Virus record (IMG/VR): IMGVR_UViG_3300020045_007290
Coordinates: 1-42,159 of that record
Length of the DNA: 42,159 bases
Direction: 5' to 3' (one strand)
Origin: a virus
Lineage: Duplodnaviria > Caudoviricetes
Shown: one piece after another, positions 17,263 through 27,114 of the stretch
Numbering within the stretch: the stretch's first letter is position 1
How the letters are laid out: every line of letters begins with the position of its first letter
Position numbers and translations under genes: made by a program
Notes under the pieces: model-generated
The model's input: the letters and a program-made list of their open reading frames with translations, nothing else
What the model was told of the DNA's origin: nothing
Databases searched by the model: none

Positions 17263-17586
17263 TTATTTATTATTTAGTTTTGATAGAACACCTTCAAGAC
17301 TTAACCCTAGCTTGTGTATTTCTTCATTCTGCTTATCAAGCTTAGCAAAAATTCCTTTTCTGAAATCAGCACTGCCATCTTCAAACTTTACGATCTTTGC
17401 TTCTAGCTTTATTACATCTTCCATTAAATCTGTGATTTTGTCTGTGTTCTTTTCGCTCTTTTGTTTTAGCACAAAGAATGTAGTTAGCATTGAAATCACA
17501 CCGCCAATTATCAAAACAACGTCCATGATTCTGAACGTGATGTCGGTTACATTAGTTTGAAGAAATATTGAATAGATCATACGCAT
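17263..17586 (-). CDS. Putative holin-like protein (1 TM plus coiled coil)
   Basis: One TM segment; immediately upstream of the endolysin. Confidence 0.5.
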   Translation of the reverse strand: MRMIYSIFLQTNVTDITFRIMDVVLIIGGVISMLTTFFVLKQKSEKNTDKITDLMEDVIKLEAKIVKFEDGSADFRKGIFAKLDKQNEEIHKLGLSLEGVLSKLNNK

Positions 17587-17596
17587 TTTATTTTTT

Positions 17597-17604
17597 CAAA
17601 TATA
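17597..17604 (-). promoter_or_regulatory. -7 box TATATTTG for the lysis genes
   Basis: Bacteroidota consensus in an intergenic gap. Confidence 0.55.
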
Positions 17605-17615
17605 GATAATTTTTT

Positions 17616-18833
17616 TTAATTCGCAGTCGTAATTGTGATTGGTTGTGTAGGTAATGTATTCCAGTTTGTTGCATTTGAAAGTGTACCAATAGTCCATCCA
17701 CTAGCACCACCGCTAGAATCTATATCAGTAATATCCAAATAAATATTGCTTTGGGTTGGAGGGTTTGTAATAACTAAAATTGCCTGGCTTCCACCTGAAC
17801 TTGATTTGATTAAAGAATGTGCCGCACTTGTTCCGACAGAACAATTAATTCCAGTTGTTATTGTATATGTTTGTGTTGCAACTAAAGTTAAATCTCTTGC
17901 GTTAGCAATTGTTCCACCCGAAAAACTTAAAGTTCCAGCAGTAAATACGCCTGATCCAGCAAATATAGTAGTTGAAACAATTGTCAAATTTGTTAGTGAA
18001 ATATTTGAACTCAATGTTATTGTTGATGCTAGAACACAAGATAGCGTTGTTATTGTTGAACCTGTTAAATTCAATGTGCATGAAGAACGAATTGCCAATG
18101 TTCCCATAGTAAAGGAACCGCCACTCAATGTTAATGTATTAGTTCCATAGCAAACAGTATTTGTTCCTGTGCCAGTATATGTACCTGTAATAGTTGTTGT
18201 TAATCTTAATTCAGAATTTGAACCTGCACTCCATGTTCCTGTACCATCTAGTATTAAATTTGTTGTGCCTGTGAGTATTCTATTACCAGCAGAAAACACA
18301 TTTAAGTTCCCGCCAACATTCATCGTGTTTCCATTAATCGTAACAGCTGCACCTGCGCCTGTTGCCGAAACTGTTAGGTTATTAAAATCCCAGTTATCAG
18401 CAAGAGTTATTGTTGTAGTTACTCCATTTAAAGTTATATTACCAGCAATTACTCCATTAGATGTTAATGTAGCAGTTGCATTTACAGCCAATATTCCTGT
18501 GCCTGCAATAGTCATAGCAGCATCCAAAGTAACATTACCCGAAACAGTTAATGTATTATTAAATGTTAATGTTCCTGTATGACCCCCGCTAATAGTTAAG
18601 GACAAACAAGCAGATGCTACATTCGCTGTTATATTTGCATTAGCACTATTCGCATCTATGATAACATCATCCACTGAAGTAGGAAACGCAGCACCACTAG
18701 CACCACCACTTAGCAAAGACCAATTTGTGTTTGAGTTCCAATTGCCCGTTCCACCAGCAACTAAATATTTTGTTAATGCAAAGCTGTTTAATGAAAACAG
18801 AATTGCAAAAAGTGTTATAATATATTTTCTCAT
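17616..18833 (-). CDS. Signal-peptide-bearing G/T/N-rich beta-helix-like protein (fibre or adhesin)
   Basis: [19 protein letters not shown]|; GNWN...NW...P...DDV..D start followed by repeated beta-strand pattern. Confidence 0.7.
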   Translation of the reverse strand: MRKYIITLFAILFSLNSFALTKYLVAGGTGNWNSNTNWSLLSGGASGAAFPTSVDDVIIDANSANANITANVASACLSLTISGGHTGTLTFNNTLTVSGNVTLDAAMTIAGTGILAVNATATLTSNGVIAGNITLNGVTTTITLADNWDFNNLTVSATGAGAAVTINGNTMNVGGNLNVFSAGNRILTGTTNLILDGTGTWSAGSNSELRLTTTITGTYTGTGTNTVCYGTNTLTLSGGSFTMGTLAIRSSCTLNLTGSTITTLSCVLASTITLSSNISLTNLTIVSTTIFAGSGVFTAGTLSFSGGTIANARDLTLVATQTYTITTGINCSVGTSAAHSLIKSSSGGSQAILVITNPPTQSNIYLDITDIDSSGGASGWTIGTLSNATNWNTLPTQPITITTAN

Positions 18834-19492
18834 GGTACAATTGTTATTACAAGTTTGACTTTAATACCTAAACTGTTTGCATCGAAATTGCATTTAAGAA
18901 TATCCCCAGCCGTGACGGCAATAGATAGTCCTGTAGCTTGATTTTTTATAGCTGAACTTAAATTTGGTTTTGTTGCCCAAATTGCATCTGCTACTGTTGG
19001 TGGATAATTCGCATACGTATCTTTCCAAGTGTCAATTGTCACACTACAAGTTACAGGTGTGCTAGATATTTCTTCAATTGTCCATCCTGTTATTGTTCCA
19101 TTGAAATCTATTGTCGCTATCGCTGTTGAATTCACAGCAATCGTTCCACCCTGTCCATCAAACGTGAAGACTTTGCTCACAGTGCTAGGCCCAGTCGGGC
19201 CTGTTGCTCCAGTGCTTCCCGTTGCACCTGTCGTGCCTGTTGCACCTGTAGGCCCAGTTGCTCCAGTAGCACCAGCACTTCCTGTGGGCCCTGTCGCACC
19301 TGTTATTCCAGTCGCGCCTGTTGCGCCTGTCGCTCCAGTCGCGCCTGCGCTTCCCGCAATCCATTCTAAGTTATAGTTGTCTGAAGAAATCGTAAGCACA
19401 TCGCCCGACACACCATCAGAAGGAATTGTTCTTTGAGCAGAAACAAATCCAGCTACTAAGAAAAATGTCAATATTAAAATTATTTTTTTCAT
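18830..19492 (-). CDS. Signal-peptide-bearing collagen-like protein
   Basis: [19 protein letters not shown]|Q; 19 G-X-Y triplets; globular C-terminal domain. Confidence 0.8.
   Translation of the reverse strand: MKKIILILTFFLVAGFVSAQRTIPSDGVSGDVLTISSDNYNLEWIAGSAGATGATGATGATGITGATGPTGSAGATGATGPTGATGTTGATGSTGATGPTGPSTVSKVFTFDGQGGTIAVNSTAIATIDFNGTITGWTIEEISSTPVTCSVTIDTWKDTYANYPPTVADAIWATKPNLSSAIKNQATGLSIAVTAGDILKCNFDANSLGIKVKLVITIVP
19184..19354 (-). repeat. Collagen-like (Gly-X-Thr)n coding repeat, 19 triplets
   Basis: GAT/GPT triplets. Confidence 0.9.
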
Positions 19493-19505
19493 GTGTATTA
19501 ATTAT

Positions 19506-20003
19506 TTAAGTGAAACGCCAAATCCCATTTGTATAACAGATCAAGCGCAAACTATTTCCTTTCTTTATTGTTATTGAAGCGTTGATCGCAAGCAAAGTAT
19601 TAACTTGCTTGAAACGTTCGCCTGTGGCTGGAAACAAAGCTAAATCTTTTGCTGAAGTATTAAATATTTCTCGAATAGAATTTTTTATTGCAGCAGTTAA
19701 TTTCGCACTGTCGCCATTCGTTGCAACAGTTTCAACAACGTTATAATGTGAAGTGATAACAGTTGCATTCGCCTGACCTCCACCCGCAAAAGCAGTGATG
19801 CCTTCTTCAGTTGAATTTTTTAATTCAGGATTTAATTCTATATGATTTTGAATCAGAACGAGCCCTGTATAGTCTAATGAATTCCACGCAAGAACACCAT
19901 CACCAACTTTTGTTTTGTTAGTGTCCGTTTCTCTGCCTGTTTGCTCATATTTAAGTATGGGGTTTTCGGCTGCAAATTCGGCTGCTGTTCTTTCATCGAT
20001 CAT
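19506..20003 (-). CDS. Fibre protein with Mtd-N/hyaluronidase-type N-terminal anchor
   Basis: NPIL...ETDT...KVGDG..AWNSL.Y. Confidence 0.7.
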   Translation of the reverse strand: MIDERTAAEFAAENPILKYEQTGRETDTNKTKVGDGVLAWNSLDYTGLVLIQNHIELNPELKNSTEEGITAFAGGGQANATVITSHYNVVETVATNGDSAKLTAAIKNSIREIFNTSAKDLALFPATGERFKQVNTLLAINASITIKKGNSLRLICYTNGIWRFT

Positions 20004-21076
20004 CGTATCACAGTTATTGTTTCACAAGCTGAACTTTTTATCACTCCTTGAATGCCTTCTTTGAATTCTGTTTTAACCCAACTCAATCGACTTCCTTTTG
20101 GATATACTGGTTCATAGCCTGCTGATTTAACGATCATTTTTCTTTTCAGATTATAGTCAGCATTGTTCTTATTATAATCTGATACCCACATCGAATCAGC
20201 CATCATTCCATACGTTTTAAAACGATCATGGATGTATTTAGGCATAGGTTTAGATAACCAATCATATCGCTGAACAGCTTCATCATTGACACGATCTTGT
20301 AATCCTGTTTGATGTTCAAGCATTATTTCCAAGTAGCCTGATTTCTCATAACCGAAAAATCCTTTTTGACGAATCGAATCATACAATCTGATGCCACACA
20401 AATCAAACACATATCCGTCAGTCGTTTTGCTTCCAATTTTTCCTGATTGATTTGCTTCGAACTTTGCTGTGCCATGCGCTCTGTTGCAATTCCAAAGAAA
20501 CAATTCGAAAGGCTCAGATACAAGACAGTACCCGTATGGTTTTGGTTTCTGATCAACGACTGAAGGCGATTCAACCATCAATCGGTATGTTCCGCTGCCG
20601 TTATTCGTGTACACATAGCCCCAATTTATTTGAACTCCAATGTAATTTTTGTGAGCAGGGAAATAATTGTACTTGTAAAATGTTCCATAAGTAGTAACGT
20701 AAGGAAAGAGAGCAGGCAACGTTGATCCAATCACTGCAATATCTTCCCACTCACGAAAAGAATTTAATTTTTGCATCGTGAAGATCGTTGTCCTACGAAG
20801 TGAATCATCTAAAAAGAATGTGCTAAGATCATTTTCATAAGTCGATGTCGAAACATTCAGCGACCCGAACACAGGATTTTTATAACATTGTCCTTCAAAC
20901 TTTCTGCATTCATCAAGCGAACAGCTTACTAAAGGCACGAATCCAAGCAACTGAATGGGCACAATGTTTTTCACAGCTACGATAGCAGGCGAAGCGACAG
21001 CGCCTGAAATGACACCAACAGAGCCGCCAACAGGGTTCACTGATATAGGAGTATATGAAATAGGATTTGCTGACAT
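20000..21076 (-). CDS. Putative tail/baseplate structural protein
   Basis: Position in the tail module; 358 aa. Confidence 0.55.
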   Translation of the reverse strand: MSANPISYTPISVNPVGGSVGVISGAVASPAIVAVKNIVPIQLLGFVPLVSCSLDECRKFEGQCYKNPVFGSLNVSTSTYENDLSTFFLDDSLRRTTIFTMQKLNSFREWEDIAVIGSTLPALFPYVTTYGTFYKYNYFPAHKNYIGVQINWGYVYTNNGSGTYRLMVESPSVVDQKPKPYGYCLVSEPFELFLWNCNRAHGTAKFEANQSGKIGSKTTDGYVFDLCGIRLYDSIRQKGFFGYEKSGYLEIMLEHQTGLQDRVNDEAVQRYDWLSKPMPKYIHDRFKTYGMMADSMWVSDYNKNNADYNLKRKMIVKSAGYEPVYPKGSRLSWVKTEFKEGIQGVIKSSACETITVIR

Positions 21077-21600
21077 TATAATTTAATTACAAGTTCGTAA
21101 CGAATTCTCCATTTGAAATCTGAATCGCCTGCTGTTTCATCAAGCCCATCTTGTGTAGTGAAATAAACTCCTTCATCCTCCACAAGTTGAATATCGCCAG
21201 CAGCAGCAGCATTCTGTTGTTGTCCCATTACAGTATTCGATCCTGTTGCAATAAACGCTGAAGCAAAACCGAACTGCTGTTTCGTAGCAGTCCCGCCCGT
21301 TTTTAATACTAACGTTCTGCCTGAAGCGTAAGGCGTAGTGCCGAACTCAGGCTTTAGATCACAACGAATGATTCTCGCATAATACCCGACAGGCACACTA
21401 GCTGAAGGAATTGCAGGCACAGGAATAGTTCCACAAGTCAGCGCATCAGCTGAAGCGAGTACACCCGTTAATTCATATTCACCTGTCAAATCTTCGATGG
21501 TGATTTTTTCTGTTGTGCCTGCAATTACTCCTGGTATTGGAGTGTTTCTAGGTATCGGTGCTGTCGATGCAGGTAAGTTGTCGATTGTTGAATTTGCCAT
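21076..21600 (-). CDS. Putative short fibre or decoration protein
   Basis: N-terminal MANSTIDNLPA...TEKITIEDL anchor-like segment. Confidence 0.5.
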   Translation of the reverse strand: MANSTIDNLPASTAPIPRNTPIPGVIAGTTEKITIEDLTGEYELTGVLASADALTCGTIPVPAIPSASVPVGYYARIIRCDLKPEFGTTPYASGRTLVLKTGGTATKQQFGFASAFIATGSNTVMGQQQNAAAAGDIQLVEDEGVYFTTQDGLDETAGDSDFKWRIRYELVIKL

Positions 21601-21604
21601 TTGT

Positions 21605-24097
21605 CTAAGTATTTAATAAAATATAATCTCCGTTTTCTTGTAACAATGCGCTTCCGTCTTCTTTCAATAAGATGTTCGCAACTGAATAGCCTAAACGCGG
21701 AACGATAATGATGTTCGTTGAATTATCATCTTCAGGAATCGTGTACCAAGATTCAAGAATCACACGATTTGCAAAAACGCTTAATCGAATGTTTGCTGAT
21801 TCTATTTCAGGAACAGGAGGATTGTAATTCGGCAACCCGACTGAAGAAAAAGGCGAATCATCTTCTGAATCAAAATCAGTACATGCAATTCTTCTATCAA
21901 ATATACTGCCGAATTCATCACACGCAAACATCCACCCGTTGAACTCCGTCATGCCTGCAGGAAATACACTTGTATCGCCTCTGAATGTTGCTTTGATTCT
22001 TGTTTTTTCTTCCTTCATTAAGCCTTCAACTTCATCGCCTGCTTCATTAAAATACTGAATCGTAAGATCAAAATCGTTTCCAGCTGTTGGCGCATCGCTC
22101 GCTTCTAAAATTGAAACGTTTGTTTCAGCTTGATAAGTAGTCACGAAATCATCATACCCAGCGACTTGCGCTGTCATGCGTATTTTAAGAGCCCAACCGT
22201 ATCCTGTTGAATAACGTTTCCATGCTTGTACAACGTTTTCAATGTCTTTAAAGATGTCGTATGAATCACCCAGCGAAGCTTGTACAACTTCTAACCATGA
22301 TTCGAAACGCAATGCGAATGCGTAACGCAGCTTATACGCAACTAGCGTACCTGAATCACCTTCTTCATAACGAACGATGTCAGCGCGATTAAAAGGGTTA
22401 TCATCGGGCAAAATAAATCCGCGAGATGTTTCAATATTTATGATCTGCTTATCATCAAGCTTTCTGAAAAGTGATGTATCAAATATTTTTTCTTCAAGTA
22501 CAAAATCATCGTTATCTGTTTTTGTCGAAACGATCTGAATTTTTATATTCTTCAGAGTAGGCGACTTCTGATCAACGACAGCTGATTCAATTCTGAAAGG
22601 GATTTCGATGTACGATGGATCGCCCTCATATCCTACAACATCATTCGATTCAAACACTCCAGCATTAGGGAACTTGAAGCAATGAATGTAGTCAATCAAT
22701 GTTAAAAGTGAATCATCGCGAAGATCATAATCAGCATTTTGAAAGTCAGCAAGCACATTCACTCTGTCGATGTTTTTTGTTGTTGTGATCGCTTCATCTT
22801 GACACGAAACTACAAACGCATAGTAACGATCATTAGCTGATTTTGCTTTTAAAAGTGCTTTTGTAATAGAAGAATAATCAACTTTGAAAGTTATTATGAC
22901 ATAATTCGCATCAACAAAACTCGCCTGAATGTCTGTTAATGATTGATAATCTGTGCCGAATTCAATGCCATTCACTGCTGCCGCATCCATCAAGATTTTC
23001 TTTTTGTCTAAGCGAATGTTTTGCAGCAATGTTGTTGAAGTATTAACGTATTCGGCTTCGTTAAGAGGACAAAGAAAATGATTGACAATAAATTCTGAAG
23101 CGCCTGCAACAAATTTTCCTGAGCGAGAATAGATCGACAGTGTAACTAAATTGACAATTGAGCCATCAAGTTCAGTTAAAAATTCGCTCGTTACATCGTT
23201 CTGATATTGTATTGAAGCGATGGAATATTCAGGCAGCGTTTGGCAGTTCGATTGATTGAACCATCCCGCTTCGCCTTTCTCATTGATAATACTGCCTTTA
23301 TGTGGAATAAAAGGATTGCATTCTTCATACAGTCCTTCGATCTGACAAATGTGTTTTAAGTGATTCCCTTTGACAAATTCTTCAGGAGCAACGCGATTCA
23401 CAAAGTTTTGAATCAGTTCCTTCGTCCACATTCTTGTCATGTAGAAAACATGTGTGATCTTGAATTTCTGTTTGTAATCGACTATGCCATCACCCTCCAC
23501 AAACCCTTCGCCTTCAACATCATTCGAAACAATATCTGTCACCCATCCAAAAGATTTTGTCGCAATAGTAAGCGGCACAGGCGTTGCGACTGTTGCATCT
23601 AAGCCCGTTGCAGAATATTTTTGAACTGTTTCTTTATCTGTTGCAGAAACAAAATCAACTTTCGTGCTGTTGTTTGCGATCAGATCATAAAAGAAATTCA
23701 TGTCAGTGATCGGAGTTGTGCCCCAAACATTAGCTGAATTCGCTGTTTCATCAACAACAACTTCAGCAACAGTGATCTGTCCATCAGTGATCGCAGTAAT
23801 AGTGAATGAACTATTGTTCAACGCTGAGCCTGTCACATCAAACGTATCATCTAGCGTGAATCCAGCAGCAATAAAGCCTTTTGTTTGCCCAAGCCCATTG
23901 ACAGGTGAATAAGCAATCGTGATCGTTTTATTCGCTGCATTGAAGATGAATTTCTGATTTTGAATCGCCCAAAAGAAGTATCCTTCGATCTCGCAAGTAA
24001 CTTTGTCGCCTTGCAGCTGATTCAAATACTTAACACCTCCACCGCCTGAACCCGTGAATTCGTCAAAAAATAGTCGTGAAGTTGCTATAAATCCCAT
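21605..24097 (-). CDS. Large tail-tip structural protein
   Basis: 830 aa, downstream of the TMP; ends LLKEDGSALLQENGDYILL. Confidence 0.6.
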   Translation of the reverse strand: MGFIATSRLFFDEFTGSGGGGVKYLNQLQGDKVTCEIEGYFFWAIQNQKFIFNAANKTITIAYSPVNGLGQTKGFIAAGFTLDDTFDVTGSALNNSSFTITAITDGQITVAEVVVDETANSANVWGTTPITDMNFFYDLIANNSTKVDFVSATDKETVQKYSATGLDATVATPVPLTIATKSFGWVTDIVSNDVEGEGFVEGDGIVDYKQKFKITHVFYMTRMWTKELIQNFVNRVAPEEFVKGNHLKHICQIEGLYEECNPFIPHKGSIINEKGEAGWFNQSNCQTLPEYSIASIQYQNDVTSEFLTELDGSIVNLVTLSIYSRSGKFVAGASEFIVNHFLCPLNEAEYVNTSTTLLQNIRLDKKKILMDAAAVNGIEFGTDYQSLTDIQASFVDANYVIITFKVDYSSITKALLKAKSANDRYYAFVVSCQDEAITTTKNIDRVNVLADFQNADYDLRDDSLLTLIDYIHCFKFPNAGVFESNDVVGYEGDPSYIEIPFRIESAVVDQKSPTLKNIKIQIVSTKTDNDDFVLEEKIFDTSLFRKLDDKQIINIETSRGFILPDDNPFNRADIVRYEEGDSGTLVAYKLRYAFALRFESWLEVVQASLGDSYDIFKDIENVVQAWKRYSTGYGWALKIRMTAQVAGYDDFVTTYQAETNVSILEASDAPTAGNDFDLTIQYFNEAGDEVEGLMKEEKTRIKATFRGDTSVFPAGMTEFNGWMFACDEFGSIFDRRIACTDFDSEDDSPFSSVGLPNYNPPVPEIESANIRLSVFANRVILESWYTIPEDDNSTNIIIVPRLGYSVANILLKEDGSALLQENGDYILLNT

Positions 24098-24101
24098 AAT
24101 G

Positions 24102-24109
24102 CAAATGTA
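24102..24109 (-). promoter_or_regulatory. -7 box TACATTTG
   Basis: Consensus match a few nt before ATG 24097. Confidence 0.45.
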
Positions 24110-24110
24110 A

Positions 24111-24398
24111 TTATTTTAATGCTTCAAAATATTTCTTCATCGCATCTTTATCCTTAAAGTCCATGCAAAGTATATTGTTCATTGATATGTAAGCATCAAT
24201 TTTATATTCTGTCACTTTTCTTCCGATTCCAAAGATGCCTTTCTTGTGAACGACTTCAATCGTGATCTGTTTCGGTGGAGATGTTGGACAAAGATTTGTT
24301 ATTAAATTATTAAACAGCTTGTCAGCCTCACCAATTCCTTTTTTAAATTGTTCAAACCCTTCTGTAAAACTCTGTTCATTCATCGTGTTATCCACCAT
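24111..24398 (-). CDS. Hypothetical protein
   Basis: Fills the gap in the tail module. Confidence 0.55.
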   Translation of the reverse strand: MVDNTMNEQSFTEGFEQFKKGIGEADKLFNNLITNLCPTSPPKQITIEVVHKKGIFGIGRKVTEYKIDAYISMNNILCMDFKDKDAMKKYFEALK

Positions 24399-26667
24399 CT
24401 GATGTCGTTTTTAAGTTATAATTATTTGTATATTTTTCTTTGATTCTGTATGTTACATCTTCAGCAATATCGTTGTGCAAGTTCCAGACTATCTTTTCAA
24501 ACTTCCCATAACGCCCATCAGCTGTTCGAAGCACATTATTATTATTTATCTGCAACCAATCTGCTATCCCAAATTTAAACTTTTTATTCTTAAAAACCAA
24601 CCATTGATTGTCGGAAATCAAAGCATTAAAGTGAAAGTCATTCATCAGTGATAACGCAGACCCCCACCCTTCAGTCGTGATCGTTGAAGATGCTGAAACA
24701 TTAAGAACAGCAAATCCATTAAAGAACCCGCCAGTCATTACACCAGTAACTACTGCTGTAAATATAACACCAGGATAACCTGCAACAGTTCCTGTAACAA
24801 TAACAGACGCAGGTCCTAGCATAGCTGTTGGTATCGTGATTTGTATGATTCCACTAGTTACTGTGGCAGCTGCAATTACAGTAGGCCCGAAAGGTCCTCC
24901 GATTGAATTGCCCGTGAACGTTCCATTTAGTGTGCTAGTTATAGTAGTCACAAAAGTTCCTTGAGAATTATTAGGCGATAAGAACCAGTCGTCACCGCTC
25001 TGAACTCCAATGAATCTTTTCTTTACGCCAATAAAATCAGACGAAAGCAGCATCCACCCGATGCGATCATTCCCGAAGAAAGGGATCGTGACTGACGGCA
25101 TGATCGGCAACCCATCACTTCCAAGTACTATCGAAAGTACTGAAAACACAGGCTGCCCTGTCAAGAATCCAACCGCAATACCTACTTGCGTATTCGAAAG
25201 CCCAACATCTTCAGCACTCACAATCGATGGCATCCAGGACGAAAGTTTATCATTGATATTATCAACACGATCACCGATACTGTTGATAAACGTTGCACAT
25301 GTATTCAATAATTCAAGCAATGCTTTTTCTAGTTTCGTATATCCTACCTTTCTACGCGCGAGCGCGAACGGCAATTCTACACGAACATTCCCGTGCAACA
25401 ATTGATTCTTAGGATTATTCACGATTGCTGGCGTTGCTTGCGAGATCACATAAGTACCTTTATAGTCGTTGTAAGTATTCAAGTCCTGTTCATCTTTCTG
25501 AAAACGAATGATGTAAACAGCAGGAATTTCGTGTGCATTCGTCCCGTATGGTTCAGGATAAAGGAACGTATTTCCAACATCTCCTTCGTTCGGCAATCGA
25601 TACGAATCAGCAACGTTCCAATTATTTATTTCTTCGAAGTACGCAGTGTTTCCTATGATGATAAGTTTCGCATGATACATCTGTTCCATATCATCGATGA
25701 ACTGTTTGAATGTTCCTTCGTAATATCCATACGATTTAGGGTTCGTTGTTTCATCAGGCGGACGTTCAAAAATTTGCAATGCTGGATCACCGTCAGGAAT
25801 CTTGATTTTAACAGGCATCAGCGTTGCACCCACATAACGTCCTTCGTATCTATCAGCTGTGCCTTCTCCATAAATAGAACTCACAAAATTGAGCCCGAAA
25901 TATTCACAACCCTTCTTGAACAGATCAACTTCGCGCATACAAAGTTTTCTTTTGATAGGCTGAAGCAAGTTGTCAGCGATCTGCTGCATTAACTTAGCTG
26001 AAGCAACAACAATCGCCACTAAATAAATTAAATACAATACAATTTCAACAATCGTACCTATCAGCTGTAACCATGACAATGATTGAGAGATCGCGCGTGT
26101 GACAAGTGATGCAATTTTAGCAACACAATCGACAGATTCTTTTATGATAATGAAAAGTGAAATCGATAACAACATCGCCTGAGTGTAATCAGGGATGGAA
26201 GAAATTGCATAGGGAGTTTGTTTGTAATCTGATCGCGTGATTCTGCCTGGTGTTCCTGGAGCAAGTGAAGTCAAGTATTCGAATGTGATCGATTGTGCTT
26301 GCGTGTTCATCCAGTCAATCTTCCCGCTCTCTTTTATCGGACAAGTGATGAAATCTTTTTGAATGTCAAATGCTTCATGCGCTGTTTCAATACAGCCAAG
26401 AAATATTTGCTGCGGAGAGATCGAGCCTGCAAATATTCTCAATCCTATTCCTTCAAATATACCTGTCCCGCCTGTCAGACCTGCTTTATAGTAGTTATAA
26501 ATCTTGACTGCATTTTCTTTTACCCATTCAAAATTGATCGATTGCAATTGCGATTGATAAACTTTTCCATCGAAAACTGTCTGAATCTTCATTGCTTTCC
26601 AGTTTCTAGGAGGCGGCACTTTTACCCAGCCCGCACCAAAATTCATTTCAAACTTTAAATCTACCAT
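24388..26667 (-). CDS. Tail-tip protein with hydrophobic segments
   Basis: 759 aa after the TMP; TM-like LIGTIVEIVLYLIYLVAIVV. Confidence 0.6.
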   Translation of the reverse strand: MVDLKFEMNFGAGWVKVPPPRNWKAMKIQTVFDGKVYQSQLQSINFEWVKENAVKIYNYYKAGLTGGTGIFEGIGLRIFAGSISPQQIFLGCIETAHEAFDIQKDFITCPIKESGKIDWMNTQAQSITFEYLTSLAPGTPGRITRSDYKQTPYAISSIPDYTQAMLLSISLFIIIKESVDCVAKIASLVTRAISQSLSWLQLIGTIVEIVLYLIYLVAIVVASAKLMQQIADNLLQPIKRKLCMREVDLFKKGCEYFGLNFVSSIYGEGTADRYEGRYVGATLMPVKIKIPDGDPALQIFERPPDETTNPKSYGYYEGTFKQFIDDMEQMYHAKLIIIGNTAYFEEINNWNVADSYRLPNEGDVGNTFLYPEPYGTNAHEIPAVYIIRFQKDEQDLNTYNDYKGTYVISQATPAIVNNPKNQLLHGNVRVELPFALARRKVGYTKLEKALLELLNTCATFINSIGDRVDNINDKLSSWMPSIVSAEDVGLSNTQVGIAVGFLTGQPVFSVLSIVLGSDGLPIMPSVTIPFFGNDRIGWMLLSSDFIGVKKRFIGVQSGDDWFLSPNNSQGTFVTTITSTLNGTFTGNSIGGPFGPTVIAAATVTSGIIQITIPTAMLGPASVIVTGTVAGYPGVIFTAVVTGVMTGGFFNGFAVLNVSASSTITTEGWGSALSLMNDFHFNALISDNQWLVFKNKKFKFGIADWLQINNNNVLRTADGRYGKFEKIVWNLHNDIAEDVTYRIKEKYTNNYNLKTTSDGG

Positions 26668-27059
26668 GCTAAATCTGTATAAATACTATCCGTTCCAGTA
26701 ACTTCAGACATCACAACGCCATCGATCAGTATCTTGCAGATCATTGAATCGGCTGGAGCAGCTGAATTCTTAACACTCAGATAAAAATATTGTAAGCTAG
26801 TGTGCCCAACAATATGCTGTTCTGAAAATGAAGTATAAAAATTGTTTATAAGCGAATTGAAGTCACCGCCTTTCCCTAATCTTACGACTGTTGGAGTTGA
26901 TGGCGTGAGGACAATGAATTCGACTGTGTGCGAAGTGTAAACAGGCTCAGGTTCAATGACAGGAGCGACATTGTTTTCTTTCTCACAGCTTGCGAAAACG
27001 CAGCAAATAAATCCTAATAATGTTAGGCACATTAATACAAAATAGATTTTCCTTCTCAT
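26661..27059 (-). CDS. Predicted lipoprotein (moron-like)
   Basis: Basic N-terminus, hydrophobic core, FAS|CEKE lipobox. Confidence 0.7.
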   Translation of the reverse strand: MRRKIYFVLMCLTLLGFICCVFASCEKENNVAPVIEPEPVYTSHTVEFIVLTPSTPTVVRLGKGGDFNSLINNFYTSFSEQHIVGHTSLQYFYLSVKNSAAPADSMICKILIDGVVMSEVTGTDSIYTDLAW

Positions 27060-27114
27060 TTTTTTACGATTTTAAAGTGATCATCAAATGCAATTATTTC
27101 AAATTCTGTTTCCA

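Noticed and set aside
17746-19376. + strand ORFs (17746, 18169, 19029) and similar antisense ORFs such as 25010, 25393 and 39584
   Set aside because: Shadow frames of - strand genes with biased codons, opposite to the operon direction.
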